DNA from: Anaerolineales bacterium
GTDB lineage: Bacteria; Chloroflexota; Anaerolineae; Anaerolineales; UBA4823
Assembly (NCBI GenBank): GCA_035341015.1
Contig: DAOQUL010000005.1
Coordinates: forward strand, 10,812-74,811
DNA length: 64,000 bases
Reading direction: 5' to 3'
The translations under genes and the position numbers were made by a program. Every line of letters begins with the position of its first letter. The stretch's first letter is position 1. Below are positions 25,111 through 34,945 of this stretch, piece by piece. The notes below the pieces were generated by a model that saw only the letters and a list, made by a program, of their open reading frames with translations, ran no database searches and was not told the origin of the DNA.

Positions 25111-27435
25111 TTACTTCTGCTGCAGCTTAGCCAACATCTGTTGATAATCGGCAGGGTTGGCAGGGTTAAGGGCCAGGATGGCCATGACGGTTTCGGCGGC
25201 TGCGGCGCGATTGCCAGATTGTAAGAATAGATTGATCGCAGCGTCAAGCTGCTCGATCGCGTCATCGGTGCGCCCCACCTGGCGGTAGAATTCTCCCAGG
25301 CGGCGGTGCATGGCAGGCTGCTTGGGATTCTCTTGTACCAGGGTGGTCAAAAATTCCAGCGCCTTCGGATTTTGCCCGCTGTTCAGCAGATGGGCAATGT
25401 AGTTATCGACCTCAGCCAGGGCCTGGGCAGTTTGCCCAAGGCGCAAATTGAGATCAATCAACATGCCGCGGGCCTTGGCGTCATCTGGCTCGAGGGTGCG
25501 CACCTGGTCAAAGACGCGCAATGCCTGGCGCCAATCGAGGCTTTGCATGTCGATATCTGCCATGCGGTGCAGCAGGTTGACCTTGGTGGCGCGGTCTACA
25601 TTGGCCTGTTGGGCATAGCGTAGGGCGCGGGTATAGGTTTTGCGGGCCATGCTTAAATCGGCCTGGCTGTAGTACACCTCAGCCAGCTTCAGGAATTCGC
25701 GCACCGTCTCTTCAACCTGGCCGCGCTCCATCATCAAGTCGATCAAGTGATTGCGGGGCTCCATATCCATGGGGGCCAGCTCGCTGACGCGCTTCAGCAG
25801 TGCAATCGCGCGGTTGGCTTCGCCGCGCACACTGTAGCTTTCAGCTACTACGGTGTATTTGTGCACGGCCTCGGCGATGTGGTTATCTTGCAAGAGCAGG
25901 TCGCCAATGCATATGTGCAGGGGCAGGTAGGTAGGGGCAAACTTCAATGCGTAGTAGGCCTCTTCCATGGCGGTGCGAAGGTGACCCTTGCGGGCCAGGT
26001 TATTGACCTTGGAGAGGGATTCAACCACCTGGCTGCTGCTGGCCTCGGTGAGCATTTCGGCCAATGGGATGGGCGGGGTGCCTTCTGACTGGGCGGGGAG
26101 CTGCTGTCGGGCGCGCTTGATGTGCGTGCGCCAGTCGGCACGGACAAGCATGGCGTTGATGTTGTCGCAAATGCGGAGCTGGAATTGAGGATCATCCTTC
26201 TGACCAAAGGCTTCGATGATCGGTTCGTAGAGTTGGCTTAATTCTTCGGCATACTCGGCTGAGACATTCTCAGAGTCGGCAATTTTGAGGGCTTCGAGAT
26301 ACTCGATGGCGGCCTCTTTGTTGCGTTCCATCTTGCGGTAGGTTTGGCCGAGCAGCAGGCGGGCGCCCAGCGCAAAGCTGGTGTGTTTGACGGCTCGCTG
26401 CAGGTTGCGCACGGCGCTTTCCATGCGCTCGCCTTTGGCCAGCAGCATGCCCAGGTTGAAATGGGCTGCCGGGCTTTCGATCAGGCCGGCTTCCATAGCG
26501 CGCTCCAGTTCGTTGATGGCATCGGCATCTTTGCCGTGCGACTGTAGATCGATGGCCTGGCTGATGTGCAGGGTCATCTTCGTATAGTCAATGTGCTGTC
26601 CAAGGATGGCAGTGCCTTTGACGATCGAGGTCAGCCCTCTGGCCTGTTGTTGGGCGGGCTGGGTTTCAGCCGATTGCTCAAAGAGCATACCGGCCAGGGC
26701 GGTCAGGGCTGCCTGGCGGGCCTCTTGGATTGGATCAATGCTGGCGCGTTCTCTGGCATCCGTCTTGGTTGTGTCGAGCTGTTTGACCTGGGCCATGGTG
26801 AGGGGGCCGGTCGAGCCGCGCGGGCGGCGCGGCTTGGGCAGCGGCTTGCCGGTCTGGATCATAGACAGGGCCTGTGTGGCCTCGTTGCTGTCGGGATATA
26901 CTTGCAGCAAGTGGTTGATGGTCTGGACGGCTTTTTGTACCTCGCCGCTGTGCTGCATCAGGCTGGCGACAGCCACGTATTCCATGATCGCCTGTTGTTT
27001 ACGGTTCAGGCGTTCGTAAACCAGGGCCAGGCGCGAGTGCGCCACCACATTTTCGGGATTAAGGCTTACCACGCTGGTCCAGTTTTCGATCGCCTTTTCG
27101 ATATCCTTGTTGCGGGCATACTTTTCAGCGACTTCCAGATAGGTCTTGCAAGCCTGATCCACGTTGCCGGTGCGTTCTAACAATTCGGCGACTTTTTCGT
27201 GTGGCAGGGGGTCATTGGGAGAAACGTTGGCGGCGCGCTGGTAGGTTTTTAGTGCATTATCAAAGTCTTGCACTTCATAGAGCGCCAAAGCCAGGTTGGT
27301 GAGGGCTTTCGGCTCATCCGGAAACTCTGCCAGTGCCTGGCGGTAATAGCCGGCTGCTTTGTCCCAGGCCTGGTCCCAGGCGGCTGAATGGCCCTGGTTC
27401 ATTGCTTGTTGAAAGCGTTCTTGATTTCCTGCCAT
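25111..27435 (-). CDS. Tetratricopeptide (TPR) repeat protein
   Basis: 774 aa, all helical, with many W/A-Y-G-A-Y-A-P style 34-aa repeats (e.g. AAGYYRQALAEFPDEPKALTNLALALY). GGAG upstream. Starts 9 nt after polA. Confidence 0.85.
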   Translation of the reverse strand: MAGNQERFQQAMNQGHSAAWDQAWDKAAGYYRQALAEFPDEPKALTNLALALYEVQDFDNALKTYQRAANVSPNDPLPHEKVAELLERTGNVDQACKTYLEVAEKYARNKDIEKAIENWTSVVSLNPENVVAHSRLALVYERLNRKQQAIMEYVAVASLMQHSGEVQKAVQTINHLLQVYPDSNEATQALSMIQTGKPLPKPRRPRGSTGPLTMAQVKQLDTTKTDARERASIDPIQEARQAALTALAGMLFEQSAETQPAQQQARGLTSIVKGTAILGQHIDYTKMTLHISQAIDLQSHGKDADAINELERAMEAGLIESPAAHFNLGMLLAKGERMESAVRNLQRAVKHTSFALGARLLLGQTYRKMERNKEAAIEYLEALKIADSENVSAEYAEELSQLYEPIIEAFGQKDDPQFQLRICDNINAMLVRADWRTHIKRARQQLPAQSEGTPPIPLAEMLTEASSSQVVESLSKVNNLARKGHLRTAMEEAYYALKFAPTYLPLHICIGDLLLQDNHIAEAVHKYTVVAESYSVRGEANRAIALLKRVSELAPMDMEPRNHLIDLMMERGQVEETVREFLKLAEVYYSQADLSMARKTYTRALRYAQQANVDRATKVNLLHRMADIDMQSLDWRQALRVFDQVRTLEPDDAKARGMLIDLNLRLGQTAQALAEVDNYIAHLLNSGQNPKALEFLTTLVQENPKQPAMHRRLGEFYRQVGRTDDAIEQLDAAINLFLQSGNRAAAAETVMAILALNPANPADYQQMLAKLQQK

Positions 27436-27444
27436 ACGATCTCC

Positions 27445-30261
27445 CTAAAGTTCCAGTGGCATCAACTCACCCCAATTCTGCCCACTGCGGGTTTCGGCAC
27501 GCAGCGGGGCCTTGAGTGAGTAGGCTTTTTCCATTACAGTGCGCACCAACTCGGCGGTTGGGCGTAACTGGTCTGAAGGACATTCTAACACTAATTCATC
27601 ATGAACTTGAAGTAAAATCCGCGCCGACAGGCCGGCTTCTTTCAGCGCTGGCGGCAGATGCAGCATGGCGATCTTCATAATATCCGCCGCGGTACCCTGG
27701 ATGGGTGCATTGATGGCTTCGCGTTCTTCGCGATTGCGGATGGCCTGGTTTTGCTGAGTTTTTAAGCCTGGGAAGAGCCGCCGCCGCCCCAAGAGCGTCT
27801 CAACATAGCCCTGTTGGGCAGCCAAGAGGCGAATGCCATCCAGGTAGCTTTTGATGCCGGGGAACTGCTTGAAATAGGCATCGATGAAATCTTCTGCTTC
27901 TGCCAGGGTCAGCTCGCTGCTGCGGGTCAGGCCGAAGGCGCTCATCCCGTAGATCAGGCCAAAGTTGACCGCTTTGGCATGCCGGCGCTGGGTTTTATTG
28001 ACCTGCTCGAGTGGAATGCCGAAAATGGCGGCGGCCGTGGCGGCGTGGATATCTTGCCCAAGGCGGAAGGCGTTGAGCATGGCCTGGTCATCGGCCATAT
28101 GGGCGGCAATGCGCAGCTCTACTTGTGAGTAATCGACCGAGAGCAATTGCCAACCCGGTGCGGCAACGAAGGCGCGCCGCACCTGCCTGCCTAGGTCGGT
28201 GCGAATGGGGATGTTTTGGAGATTGGGATCAGACGAGGCAATGCGCCCGGTGACCGAGCCGGTCTGATTATAAGATGTATGCACGCGCCCGGTATTGGGG
28301 TTCACCTGCAAGGGCAGTGCATCCAGGTAGGTGGATTTAAGCTTCGAGAGCTCGCGCTGCTCTAAGACCAGGTCTACCACCGGGTGTTTGCCGCTCAGCG
28401 CTTCAAGCACGTCAGCCGAGGTGGAATAGTGCCCCCGCTCGGTACGGCGGGTACGATCGGGCGGAGAAAGCTTCAGGCGCTCAAAGAGAGCTTGTGAGAG
28501 TTGTTGGGTAGAATTGATGTTGAATGGTTGGCCGACCAGCTCGTACACCTGGGTCTCGATTTCTGCCAGGCGGGTGGCCAACTCGGCCGACATTTGGGCC
28601 AGGAAGCTTGTATCCAGGCTGATGCCGGTCATTTCCATATCGGCCAGTACGCTGACCAGGGGCATCTCGATCTCTTCGAGCAGGCGCAGCCCGGGCCCGG
28701 CTTCTAACTCGGCGCGCAAGTGGGGGATCAACTGCATCACAGCCGCGGCATCGGCGGCGGCGTAGGCGGCCGCGTCGACAACGGGCACTTCGGCCATGCT
28801 GCGCTGGTTCTTCCCTGAACCAATCAATGCCTGGATCTCGGTCATCGAGAGATTCAGGCGCACCCAGGCCAGGTTCTTTAGGCCCAGGTTGTGCGAGGCC
28901 GGGTTGGTCAGCCATTCGGCGATCATGGTGTCAAACGATAGGGGGGCAGTGCGCAATCCCTGGCGGGCGAGCATAATGAAATCGTACTTCAGGTTGTGGC
29001 CGGCCTTCTGGATACGCGGGTCAGTCAATGGGCCGCGCAGGGCCTCCAGAACGTCTTTCAGGGGTAACTGCTTGCCCATGCCGGGGTTGTGCCCCACGGG
29101 GATGTAATACCCCTGGCTGCCTTCCACCGCCAGCGAGATGCCCACCAGGTCGGCCCGCATGGGATCGGTGGAGGTGGTTTCGGTGTCAAAGGCGATCAGG
29201 CTGGCTTTTTGCAAGCGCTCGGCCAGGCTCTTTAGGGCCGCGGGCGTATCGATTACCTGGTAATCGATTGGGCCTGGGGCGGCAGACAGGGCAGGGGCGG
29301 GGGCTTCTGCGGGGGGCGGCGCGGCGGTCTCGAACAGCGAGAGTTGTTGGCCTTTGTGCGCGGGTTGGGCTTTGCCATATAACGGGTAGAGATCGGTCAG
29401 CTTTTTGAGCAAAGTGCGAAATTCAAGCTCGCGGAAGATGGCTTCTACTTGTTCCGGGTCGAAATGCTCGGTGCGGGCTTTGTCCAGGTCCATCTTGAGC
29501 GGCAGGTCGGTGACAATGGTGGCCAAGCGCCGGCTGAGATCGGCGTTGGCGCGCCCGGCTTCTAGCTTCTTGCGCACCCCATCGGCCAGCTCATCCAGGT
29601 GGGCATAAATGCCTTCTAGGGTTTCGTACTTTGCCAACAGGTTGACGGCAGTTTTCTCACCAATGCCTGTCACACCGGGGATGTTATCAGATGTGTCGCC
29701 CACCAGGGCTTTATAGTCGATCACCTGGTCGGGGCGTACGCCCAGGTACTCCAACACGTCTTGGGCAAAATAATCCTTTGATTCAGCGCCGCCTTTGCCA
29801 GGCAGGTTAACCAGGATACGTTCGTTGACCAATTGCAAGAGGTCACGATCGCCGGTGATGATCTTGACCCCGTAGCCTTGTGCTGAGAGCTGGCAGGCCA
29901 GGCTGCCGAGCACATCATCAGCCTCGTAACCTTCCAGCTCCAGGCGAGGAATGTTGAAAGCATCCACAAGCTGGCGGATGCGCTTCATCTGCGGGCGTAA
30001 ATCATCGGGCATCTTGGCGCGGGTGGCTTTGTATTCGGGGAACATTTCGTCGCGAAACGTTTTGCCTGTGTCAAAGGTAACAGCCAGGTAATCGGGCCGG
30101 TCTTGTTCTAAAATGCGCAGCAAGATGCTGGTGAAGCCATACACACCGGCAGTCGGTTCTCCGGCATGGGTGGTGAAGGCCGCGGGTGAACCGCGTGTCA
30201 GGGCGTAGTAAGCGCGATAAGCTAGTGCGTGACCGTCAAGCAGATATATGGTGGGAGGCAT
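27445..30261 (-). CDS. polA: DNA polymerase I (5'-3' exo, 3'-5' exo and polymerase domains)
   Basis: 938 aa. Contains LLDGHALAYRAYYA, FDTETTS (ExoI), RRHAKAVNFGLIYG (motif B) and LQVHDELVLE (motif C). Confidence 0.97.
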   Translation of the reverse strand: MPPTIYLLDGHALAYRAYYALTRGSPAAFTTHAGEPTAGVYGFTSILLRILEQDRPDYLAVTFDTGKTFRDEMFPEYKATRAKMPDDLRPQMKRIRQLVDAFNIPRLELEGYEADDVLGSLACQLSAQGYGVKIITGDRDLLQLVNERILVNLPGKGGAESKDYFAQDVLEYLGVRPDQVIDYKALVGDTSDNIPGVTGIGEKTAVNLLAKYETLEGIYAHLDELADGVRKKLEAGRANADLSRRLATIVTDLPLKMDLDKARTEHFDPEQVEAIFRELEFRTLLKKLTDLYPLYGKAQPAHKGQQLSLFETAAPPPAEAPAPALSAAPGPIDYQVIDTPAALKSLAERLQKASLIAFDTETTSTDPMRADLVGISLAVEGSQGYYIPVGHNPGMGKQLPLKDVLEALRGPLTDPRIQKAGHNLKYDFIMLARQGLRTAPLSFDTMIAEWLTNPASHNLGLKNLAWVRLNLSMTEIQALIGSGKNQRSMAEVPVVDAAAYAAADAAAVMQLIPHLRAELEAGPGLRLLEEIEMPLVSVLADMEMTGISLDTSFLAQMSAELATRLAEIETQVYELVGQPFNINSTQQLSQALFERLKLSPPDRTRRTERGHYSTSADVLEALSGKHPVVDLVLEQRELSKLKSTYLDALPLQVNPNTGRVHTSYNQTGSVTGRIASSDPNLQNIPIRTDLGRQVRRAFVAAPGWQLLSVDYSQVELRIAAHMADDQAMLNAFRLGQDIHAATAAAIFGIPLEQVNKTQRRHAKAVNFGLIYGMSAFGLTRSSELTLAEAEDFIDAYFKQFPGIKSYLDGIRLLAAQQGYVETLLGRRRLFPGLKTQQNQAIRNREEREAINAPIQGTAADIMKIAMLHLPPALKEAGLSARILLQVHDELVLECPSDQLRPTAELVRTVMEKAYSLKAPLRAETRSGQNWGELMPLEL

Positions 30262-30267
30262 TGCGAT

Positions 30268-31863
30268 TTAAAGGCGAGGCAGGTCTGGTGGCCGAGAGGC
30301 ACCCTGGTGGTGGCGGGTCTGTTGGATGAACTCGCGGATCACATGTGCGGGAGGCGGCTGGGGGCTGCTCATGATCAGGTAACCCGGGGCCCAAAAGTCA
30401 CCGGAGGGGTTCTCGCGACCGAGGTTTGGGAAGTCAGCAAAGATGCGCTGTGAAGTTTGTTGGCGCAAGACGCGCATCAGGTAGCTGGGAGACGTGGTTG
30501 GTGCCACGCCAGCCACCCATTCAATATAGTCAGGACGTACGGCGATGTGATCCAATCGCCAACCATAAGCCAGGCAAAGCTGGGGGATCCATTCGCCCAG
30601 GCGGGCGCCCAGGTCACCCGTCAGGTAATGTTGGGGCAGGCGAGGGATCAGCACACAGGCGTAAACCAGGTTGTGCAGCCCAGGCGAGATGGGGCGCAGT
30701 TCAAGGCTCTCGTCTTGGGCTTCGACAGGCGCCGGCGAGGCGGCTGGCTGGGGTTGGGGCAGGGCTGAGGCAGGCAGCATATCGACTGCAACCTGGTTTT
30801 TGGGGGGGAGGGCTGGTGCTGGGGCAATGACCGGCGCGGCGGCTTCGGTGCTGGGAAATATCTTGGCCTGGGCACTGACCTGCGGGCTGGCAGATAATTG
30901 GATATTAAGATCTGGGCGCGGGCGGCTGATAGGCTCTTGAACCCGCCTGGAGGGGGAGGGCGGCGGAACATCTTCCAATAGCGGCTTGATGTTGGGCGGC
31001 GGTGGAAGCTGTGAAAGCGGGATGGCCAAATCGGGGCGAGGCTGGACGGGGTGCGCGCCGGGCGGTGAAGCCAGGGCGCGTGCCAATTGGCTGGCTTGGG
31101 TGCGGATCTTGCTGAAGGGGGTTTCGGCATTAAAGGCCAGCGCCAACACCATACCCTTGCCCAAGGCGGTGGCATACAACATGTATTCGGCGGCAGTGAT
31201 ATCCAGGCGCACCAGGCGCACCATATCTCCTGAGGGGCCACCCGGCCGCGAAGCGGCATCGTTGGCCCAGAAGCTGGTCACCACAGCGGCCATTTCTTGG
31301 GCGGCAGGCTGGGCTAACTGCCCGGCGTAGGCCCACAACTGACCGTCGCGTACGATCAGGGCGGCTTGGGCAGATGATTCTAATGAAAGGCGAGTGAGGT
31401 GCTGGGCGGCGCGGCTGACATCTTGCAGCCAATCCAACCCTTGTGTGTGGTTGAGCGGCGCAAATTGGGGCGGCGTTTGAGTCTCTGCACTTGAGCCCTG
31501 GTGCAAGGCCTCAGAAACGGTATCAAGCAGGTCGGGCAGGTAAAATGGCTTTGTGAGGAAGCCGTGCACGCCAGCCTGTACCAACTCAGGGTCTGAGGGG
31601 TCGTTATTGGGTGGAATGACCACCAGGTGAATTGCAGGGGATATCTTTTTGAACTCAGAGATCAGTTGGGGCAGGGTAACATCGGGTAAAAAACTATCCA
31701 GGATGGCTAAGGAAAAAGGCATGCTCTGCATGCAGTCAAGCGCTTCACTGCCGCTATCTATCAGCAGCACCTTATACAGCCCGGTTTCTTCGAGTGTTTG
31801 CTGGATCAACTCCCCAAAGCCGGGTGTTGCACTGGCAACCAGAACGGAAATCACCTCAGCCAT
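30268..31863 (-). CDS. Fusion protein: receiver-like domain, Roadblock/LC7-like region, Pro-rich linker and an IS200/IS605 TnpA (Y1)-like domain lacking the HUH histidines
   Basis: 531 aa. N-terminus VLVASATPG...AILDSFLPD...LTKPF (the receiver acidic pair is missing). Middle AALIVRDGQLWAYAG...MVLALAF. C-terminus LVYACVLIPRLPQHYLTG...HIAVRPDYIEWVAGVAPTTSPSYLMRVLRQQTSQRIF...DFWAPGYLIMS aligns to TnpA_IS200, with DHVHLL replaced by DYIEWV. Confidence 0.7.
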   Translation of the reverse strand: MAEVISVLVASATPGFGELIQQTLEETGLYKVLLIDSGSEALDCMQSMPFSLAILDSFLPDVTLPQLISEFKKISPAIHLVVIPPNNDPSDPELVQAGVHGFLTKPFYLPDLLDTVSEALHQGSSAETQTPPQFAPLNHTQGLDWLQDVSRAAQHLTRLSLESSAQAALIVRDGQLWAYAGQLAQPAAQEMAAVVTSFWANDAASRPGGPSGDMVRLVRLDITAAEYMLYATALGKGMVLALAFNAETPFSKIRTQASQLARALASPPGAHPVQPRPDLAIPLSQLPPPPNIKPLLEDVPPPSPSRRVQEPISRPRPDLNIQLSASPQVSAQAKIFPSTEAAAPVIAPAPALPPKNQVAVDMLPASALPQPQPAASPAPVEAQDESLELRPISPGLHNLVYACVLIPRLPQHYLTGDLGARLGEWIPQLCLAYGWRLDHIAVRPDYIEWVAGVAPTTSPSYLMRVLRQQTSQRIFADFPNLGRENPSGDFWAPGYLIMSSPQPPPAHVIREFIQQTRHHQGASRPPDLPRL

Positions 31864-31923
31864 GCTTAGAGTTTATCATGGGCTGGCCCTCCTCGCAAGT
31901 CACAAAACTGAAACCCGACAACA

Positions 31924-31952
31924 TTGACAAGCTTGGGTGAACATGATATCTT
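31924..31952 (+). promoter_or_regulatory. Sigma-70-like promoter (TTGACA-N17-TATCTT) giving a leaderless or near-leaderless transcript
   Basis: TTGACA at 31924-31929 and TATCTT at 31947-31952. The ATG at 31961 is 8 nt downstream with no SD. Confidence 0.4.
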
Positions 31953-31960
31953 TTATCGTG

Positions 31961-33601
31961 ATGAATAAGCCGGCTCGCTTCGTCAGGGTACTGCTAGCAA
32001 GCTTGTTCCTCGCGTCTATATTTGTGAGGACAGAGCCGGGCTGGGCTGCGGGCGGAACGGGGGATGAGCCAGAGCCGGGTGTGCGCCAAGAATCGATCGT
32101 TGTTAACTACACACGTTATGAATGGTGGCTGCTGCGCTGGTATGACAGCAGTCTGATGTGCCAGGTGTTCATCGACCACGAAGGTTGGCCGACGAATGAT
32201 GAGATCTTCGTCGATTGTGGCGGGACGATCTACAATCAATGGATCAATACCCCGGCATGCGGGGAGTTGGAAGCTATTGACGGCAACACGGCATACTGCC
32301 AGGGATTGTATCTCTATGCAGTCAGCAATGCCCCCGCAGAGAGAACCATCCTGGTGGATTTGCCCTCGCCCTCGGTGGCTGTTACGTTGACGGGCTGCGA
32401 CCCGACATCGATAGATAATTTCTGCGCAGAAATCCCTTCTTTGTTGTTGACGGGCGTGGAACCGCTGCCAAACGAGCAGATCACGGCGATCAATGTGCTG
32501 ATCAACGGTGTGCCTTATGGGTGCACTGCCCCAACCTGCGAGGTGCCGCTCTCACCCACGGCATACGTGGGGACAACTTTCGAATTCTGGGCTGATTCTA
32601 GCTACGGTGATTCCAGTGAGCATTATTCAGCCCAGGTGCGTGTGATTGACAGCGGGGTGAGCGCTTCTCCTACTGGAAGCGGCTGGTATGTGGATGTGTT
32701 GAGCAGCCAGTGGCAGGGCCGTGAAACAGCCAGTTGCGCCCAGGTGTGGCAGGCCTTCCCGCCGGTGGGAGGTCCCCCAAACTGGCTGCGCACGCCTGAG
32801 GCAACTGAGCTGCTTGCGACCAATATGCCTTACAATTACCTGGCTGGACGTTTGATTGCCCAGGGCCTGGTAGATGCTTCGGCTTGTGCGGGGGGCGGGC
32901 TGCTTTTGAATGGCTATTCAGATGCCTGCGGCTTAGAAGCTGCTCTGCCGTTGGTAGAAGAATGGCAGAACCGTTTTGATGCCAGGATGGTTGAGGTTGC
33001 CAATGAAACCGGGGTACCGGCGCAGTTGATGAAGAATATCTTTGCCCAAGAAAGCCAATTCTGGCCGGGCATGTTTCGGGTGCCGTATGAATTTGGCTTG
33101 GGTCAACTGACCGATAATGGGGCAGAAGCTGTGTTATTATGGAATCCTGATTTCTTCAACCAATTTTGCCCCCTGGTACTAGATGAAAACGCCTGTGCGC
33201 GCGGTTACGTGTACCTGGATACAGAAAGCCGGGCAATCTTGCGCGGCGCCCTGGCATTAGAAGCCAAGGTGGACTGCCCAGACTGCCCGGCCGGTATTGA
33301 CCTGGCGCATGCTGATTTCAGCATCAATTTGTTTGCGCACACCCTGTTGGCCAACTGCGAACAGGTGGCGCAGATCGTTTACAATGCTACCAATAAGATC
33401 CCCGGTTCAGTAGTCAGCTATGAGGATTTGTGGCGACTGACGGTGGCCAATTACCACAGCGGGCCAGGCTGTATTTCTTACGCCATGTACACGTCTTGGG
33501 CCGCCAGGGCCACTATGGATTGGGAGCACATCTCAGATTACCTGACTGAGGCTTGCGAACCGGCGATTGATTACGTGGATAAGGTGACGAGTTCGCCTTA
33601 G
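31961..33601 (+). CDS. Secreted protein with a C-terminal lytic-transglycosylase (SLT)-like domain
   Basis: Track ORF 31937..33601 trimmed to MNKPARFVRVLLASLFLASIFV (signal peptide). The C-terminus has NIFAQESQFWPG...FGLGQLT...ANYHSGPG, resembling family-1 lytic transglycosylases. Confidence 0.6.
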   Translation: MNKPARFVRVLLASLFLASIFVRTEPGWAAGGTGDEPEPGVRQESIVVNYTRYEWWLLRWYDSSLMCQVFIDHEGWPTNDEIFVDCGGTIYNQWINTPACGELEAIDGNTAYCQGLYLYAVSNAPAERTILVDLPSPSVAVTLTGCDPTSIDNFCAEIPSLLLTGVEPLPNEQITAINVLINGVPYGCTAPTCEVPLSPTAYVGTTFEFWADSSYGDSSEHYSAQVRVIDSGVSASPTGSGWYVDVLSSQWQGRETASCAQVWQAFPPVGGPPNWLRTPEATELLATNMPYNYLAGRLIAQGLVDASACAGGGLLLNGYSDACGLEAALPLVEEWQNRFDARMVEVANETGVPAQLMKNIFAQESQFWPGMFRVPYEFGLGQLTDNGAEAVLLWNPDFFNQFCPLVLDENACARGYVYLDTESRAILRGALALEAKVDCPDCPAGIDLAHADFSINLFAHTLLANCEQVAQIVYNATNKIPGSVVSYEDLWRLTVANYHSGPGCISYAMYTSWAARATMDWEHISDYLTEACEPAIDYVDKVTSSP

Positions 33602-33787
33602 TTACTTGAAAATTGTGCGCACCAGTTTTTGAAATTCACGCCACTCTTCTTCAAAGAAATGTAACGTAATGTTGTTCAGCTCGATGTGATAGGTAGTTTC
33701 GCCATCGGGCTCGCTGGCGCTCCAGGCCATGTAATTATCGGTTTCGGCCAGGGTCTGGGTGGTGGGTTCAGGATCGGCTTTGGTCAT
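33602..33787 (-). CDS. Small acidic hypothetical protein (61 aa)
   Basis: ORF with AAGGAA upstream, 37 nt downstream of the M23 peptidase gene. Its stop abuts the stop of the convergent gene (33601/33602). Confidence 0.4.
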   Translation of the reverse strand: MTKADPEPTTQTLAETDNYMAWSASEPDGETTYHIELNNITLHFFEEEWREFQKLVRTIFK

Positions 33788-33824
33788 TGTAAGTTCCTTT
33801 TCTCTGATTTCTCAGGGGTAGATT

Positions 33825-34940
33825 CTATGGGGCTGGGAGAACGAACCAGGGGTTGATGAAACCTCCCATGAAGCGTACTTCATAATGGAGGTGGGGGCCG
33901 GTGGAATTGCCTGTACTGCCCATCCCACCGATATAGGTGCCGGTGTAAACGCTTTGCCCACAGGCCGCGCTGACCGAGCTGAGGTGGGCATAGAGGGTCT
34001 GGTAGCCAGTGCCGTGGTCGATCATCACCATGTAGCCGTAGCCATTCAGGGCCCAACCTGCAAAGACCACCACACCAGCATCGGAGGCAAAGATCCCATC
34101 GCCGGTGCTGCCAGCAATGTCAATCCCCAGGTGACCAGACCAGTAATCATTGCCAGAGAGAACATGGCTGGCTGTGGGCCAGGCAAATGCTCCTGAGCCA
34201 TAGGCGCCATCGTAACTGCCGGTGCAAGCACCAGGCCCAAGCACTGATGCGTTGACACCTGAATTATCGCGGGCGATGGTGGGCACGATCCACTGCTGGA
34301 ACTCGCGTTCGCCATCTGGAATCATGATCCACTGCCCGGCTTCGAACTTGGGGTTTGTCAGATCGACTTGGTTGCCGGGCCAGCTTAAGATATCTTCGGC
34401 CTCAGCCTTGAATTGTGTGGCAATGGCCTCAACCGTATCGCCCTCTTGCCATTGGTAATAAACCCCGTTTACGGGTGGGATGTTCAATTCCATGCCCAGG
34501 CTGAGCATGTCTGGATCGTCGTTCAATTGATCGTAATTAGCCCACAACACGGTCTCTGGGTCGATGCCGTAAGCCGATGCAATGCCAAAAATCGAATCGC
34601 CACTGCTGACCACGTACGATACAGCTTGTTGGCGTGGCCGGGTGGGAATGATCGTATGGAGAGCGGCTTGCCTGGCAATGGCCCGCGTGGCAGGGCGCCC
34701 GGGCAAGGCCGGAAGCCCTACATCCTCAGCCAGGGGGTTGGGCGTGAGCGTTGGTTGGATGGTTGATGCTGTATCGGATGGTTCTATGGCCGCGGCGGCC
34801 TGGTTGGTGCGTGAGCGCCAACCCAGGTAGACGGCCAGCAGGACCAGGGTGGCGGCAATTACCCAGGCGCCCGCGGTAAGAACGCGATCTGAACGGCGGG
34901 GAGCCGCCGGAGGTGTTACAGCAGAAACTTGCTCGTCCAT
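33825..34940 (-). CDS. LysM-domain M23 family metallopeptidase
   Basis: 371 aa with a TM anchor. Two LysM repeats (YVVSSGDSIFGIASAYGI; YQWQEGDTVEAIATQF). M23 motifs HLGIDIAG and GSTGNSTGPHLHYEV. Confidence 0.93.
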   Translation of the reverse strand: MDEQVSAVTPPAAPRRSDRVLTAGAWVIAATLVLLAVYLGWRSRTNQAAAAIEPSDTASTIQPTLTPNPLAEDVGLPALPGRPATRAIARQAALHTIIPTRPRQQAVSYVVSSGDSIFGIASAYGIDPETVLWANYDQLNDDPDMLSLGMELNIPPVNGVYYQWQEGDTVEAIATQFKAEAEDILSWPGNQVDLTNPKFEAGQWIMIPDGEREFQQWIVPTIARDNSGVNASVLGPGACTGSYDGAYGSGAFAWPTASHVLSGNDYWSGHLGIDIAGSTGDGIFASDAGVVVFAGWALNGYGYMVMIDHGTGYQTLYAHLSSVSAACGQSVYTGTYIGGMGSTGNSTGPHLHYEVRFMGGFINPWFVLPAP

Positions 34941-34945
34941 GATAA

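Noticed and set aside
30268-30700. IS200/IS605-type transposase, i.e. a mobile element
   Set aside because: The Y1-like domain is the C-terminus of a larger fusion protein and lacks the HUH histidines. It has no tnpB partner and no flanking subterminal hairpins. I treat it as a domesticated domain, not a mobile element.
33595-33610. Convergent genes abutting stop-to-stop (33601/33602) with no terminator
   Set aside because: The observation is real but uninformative on its own. The 61-aa ORF is itself only weakly supported.
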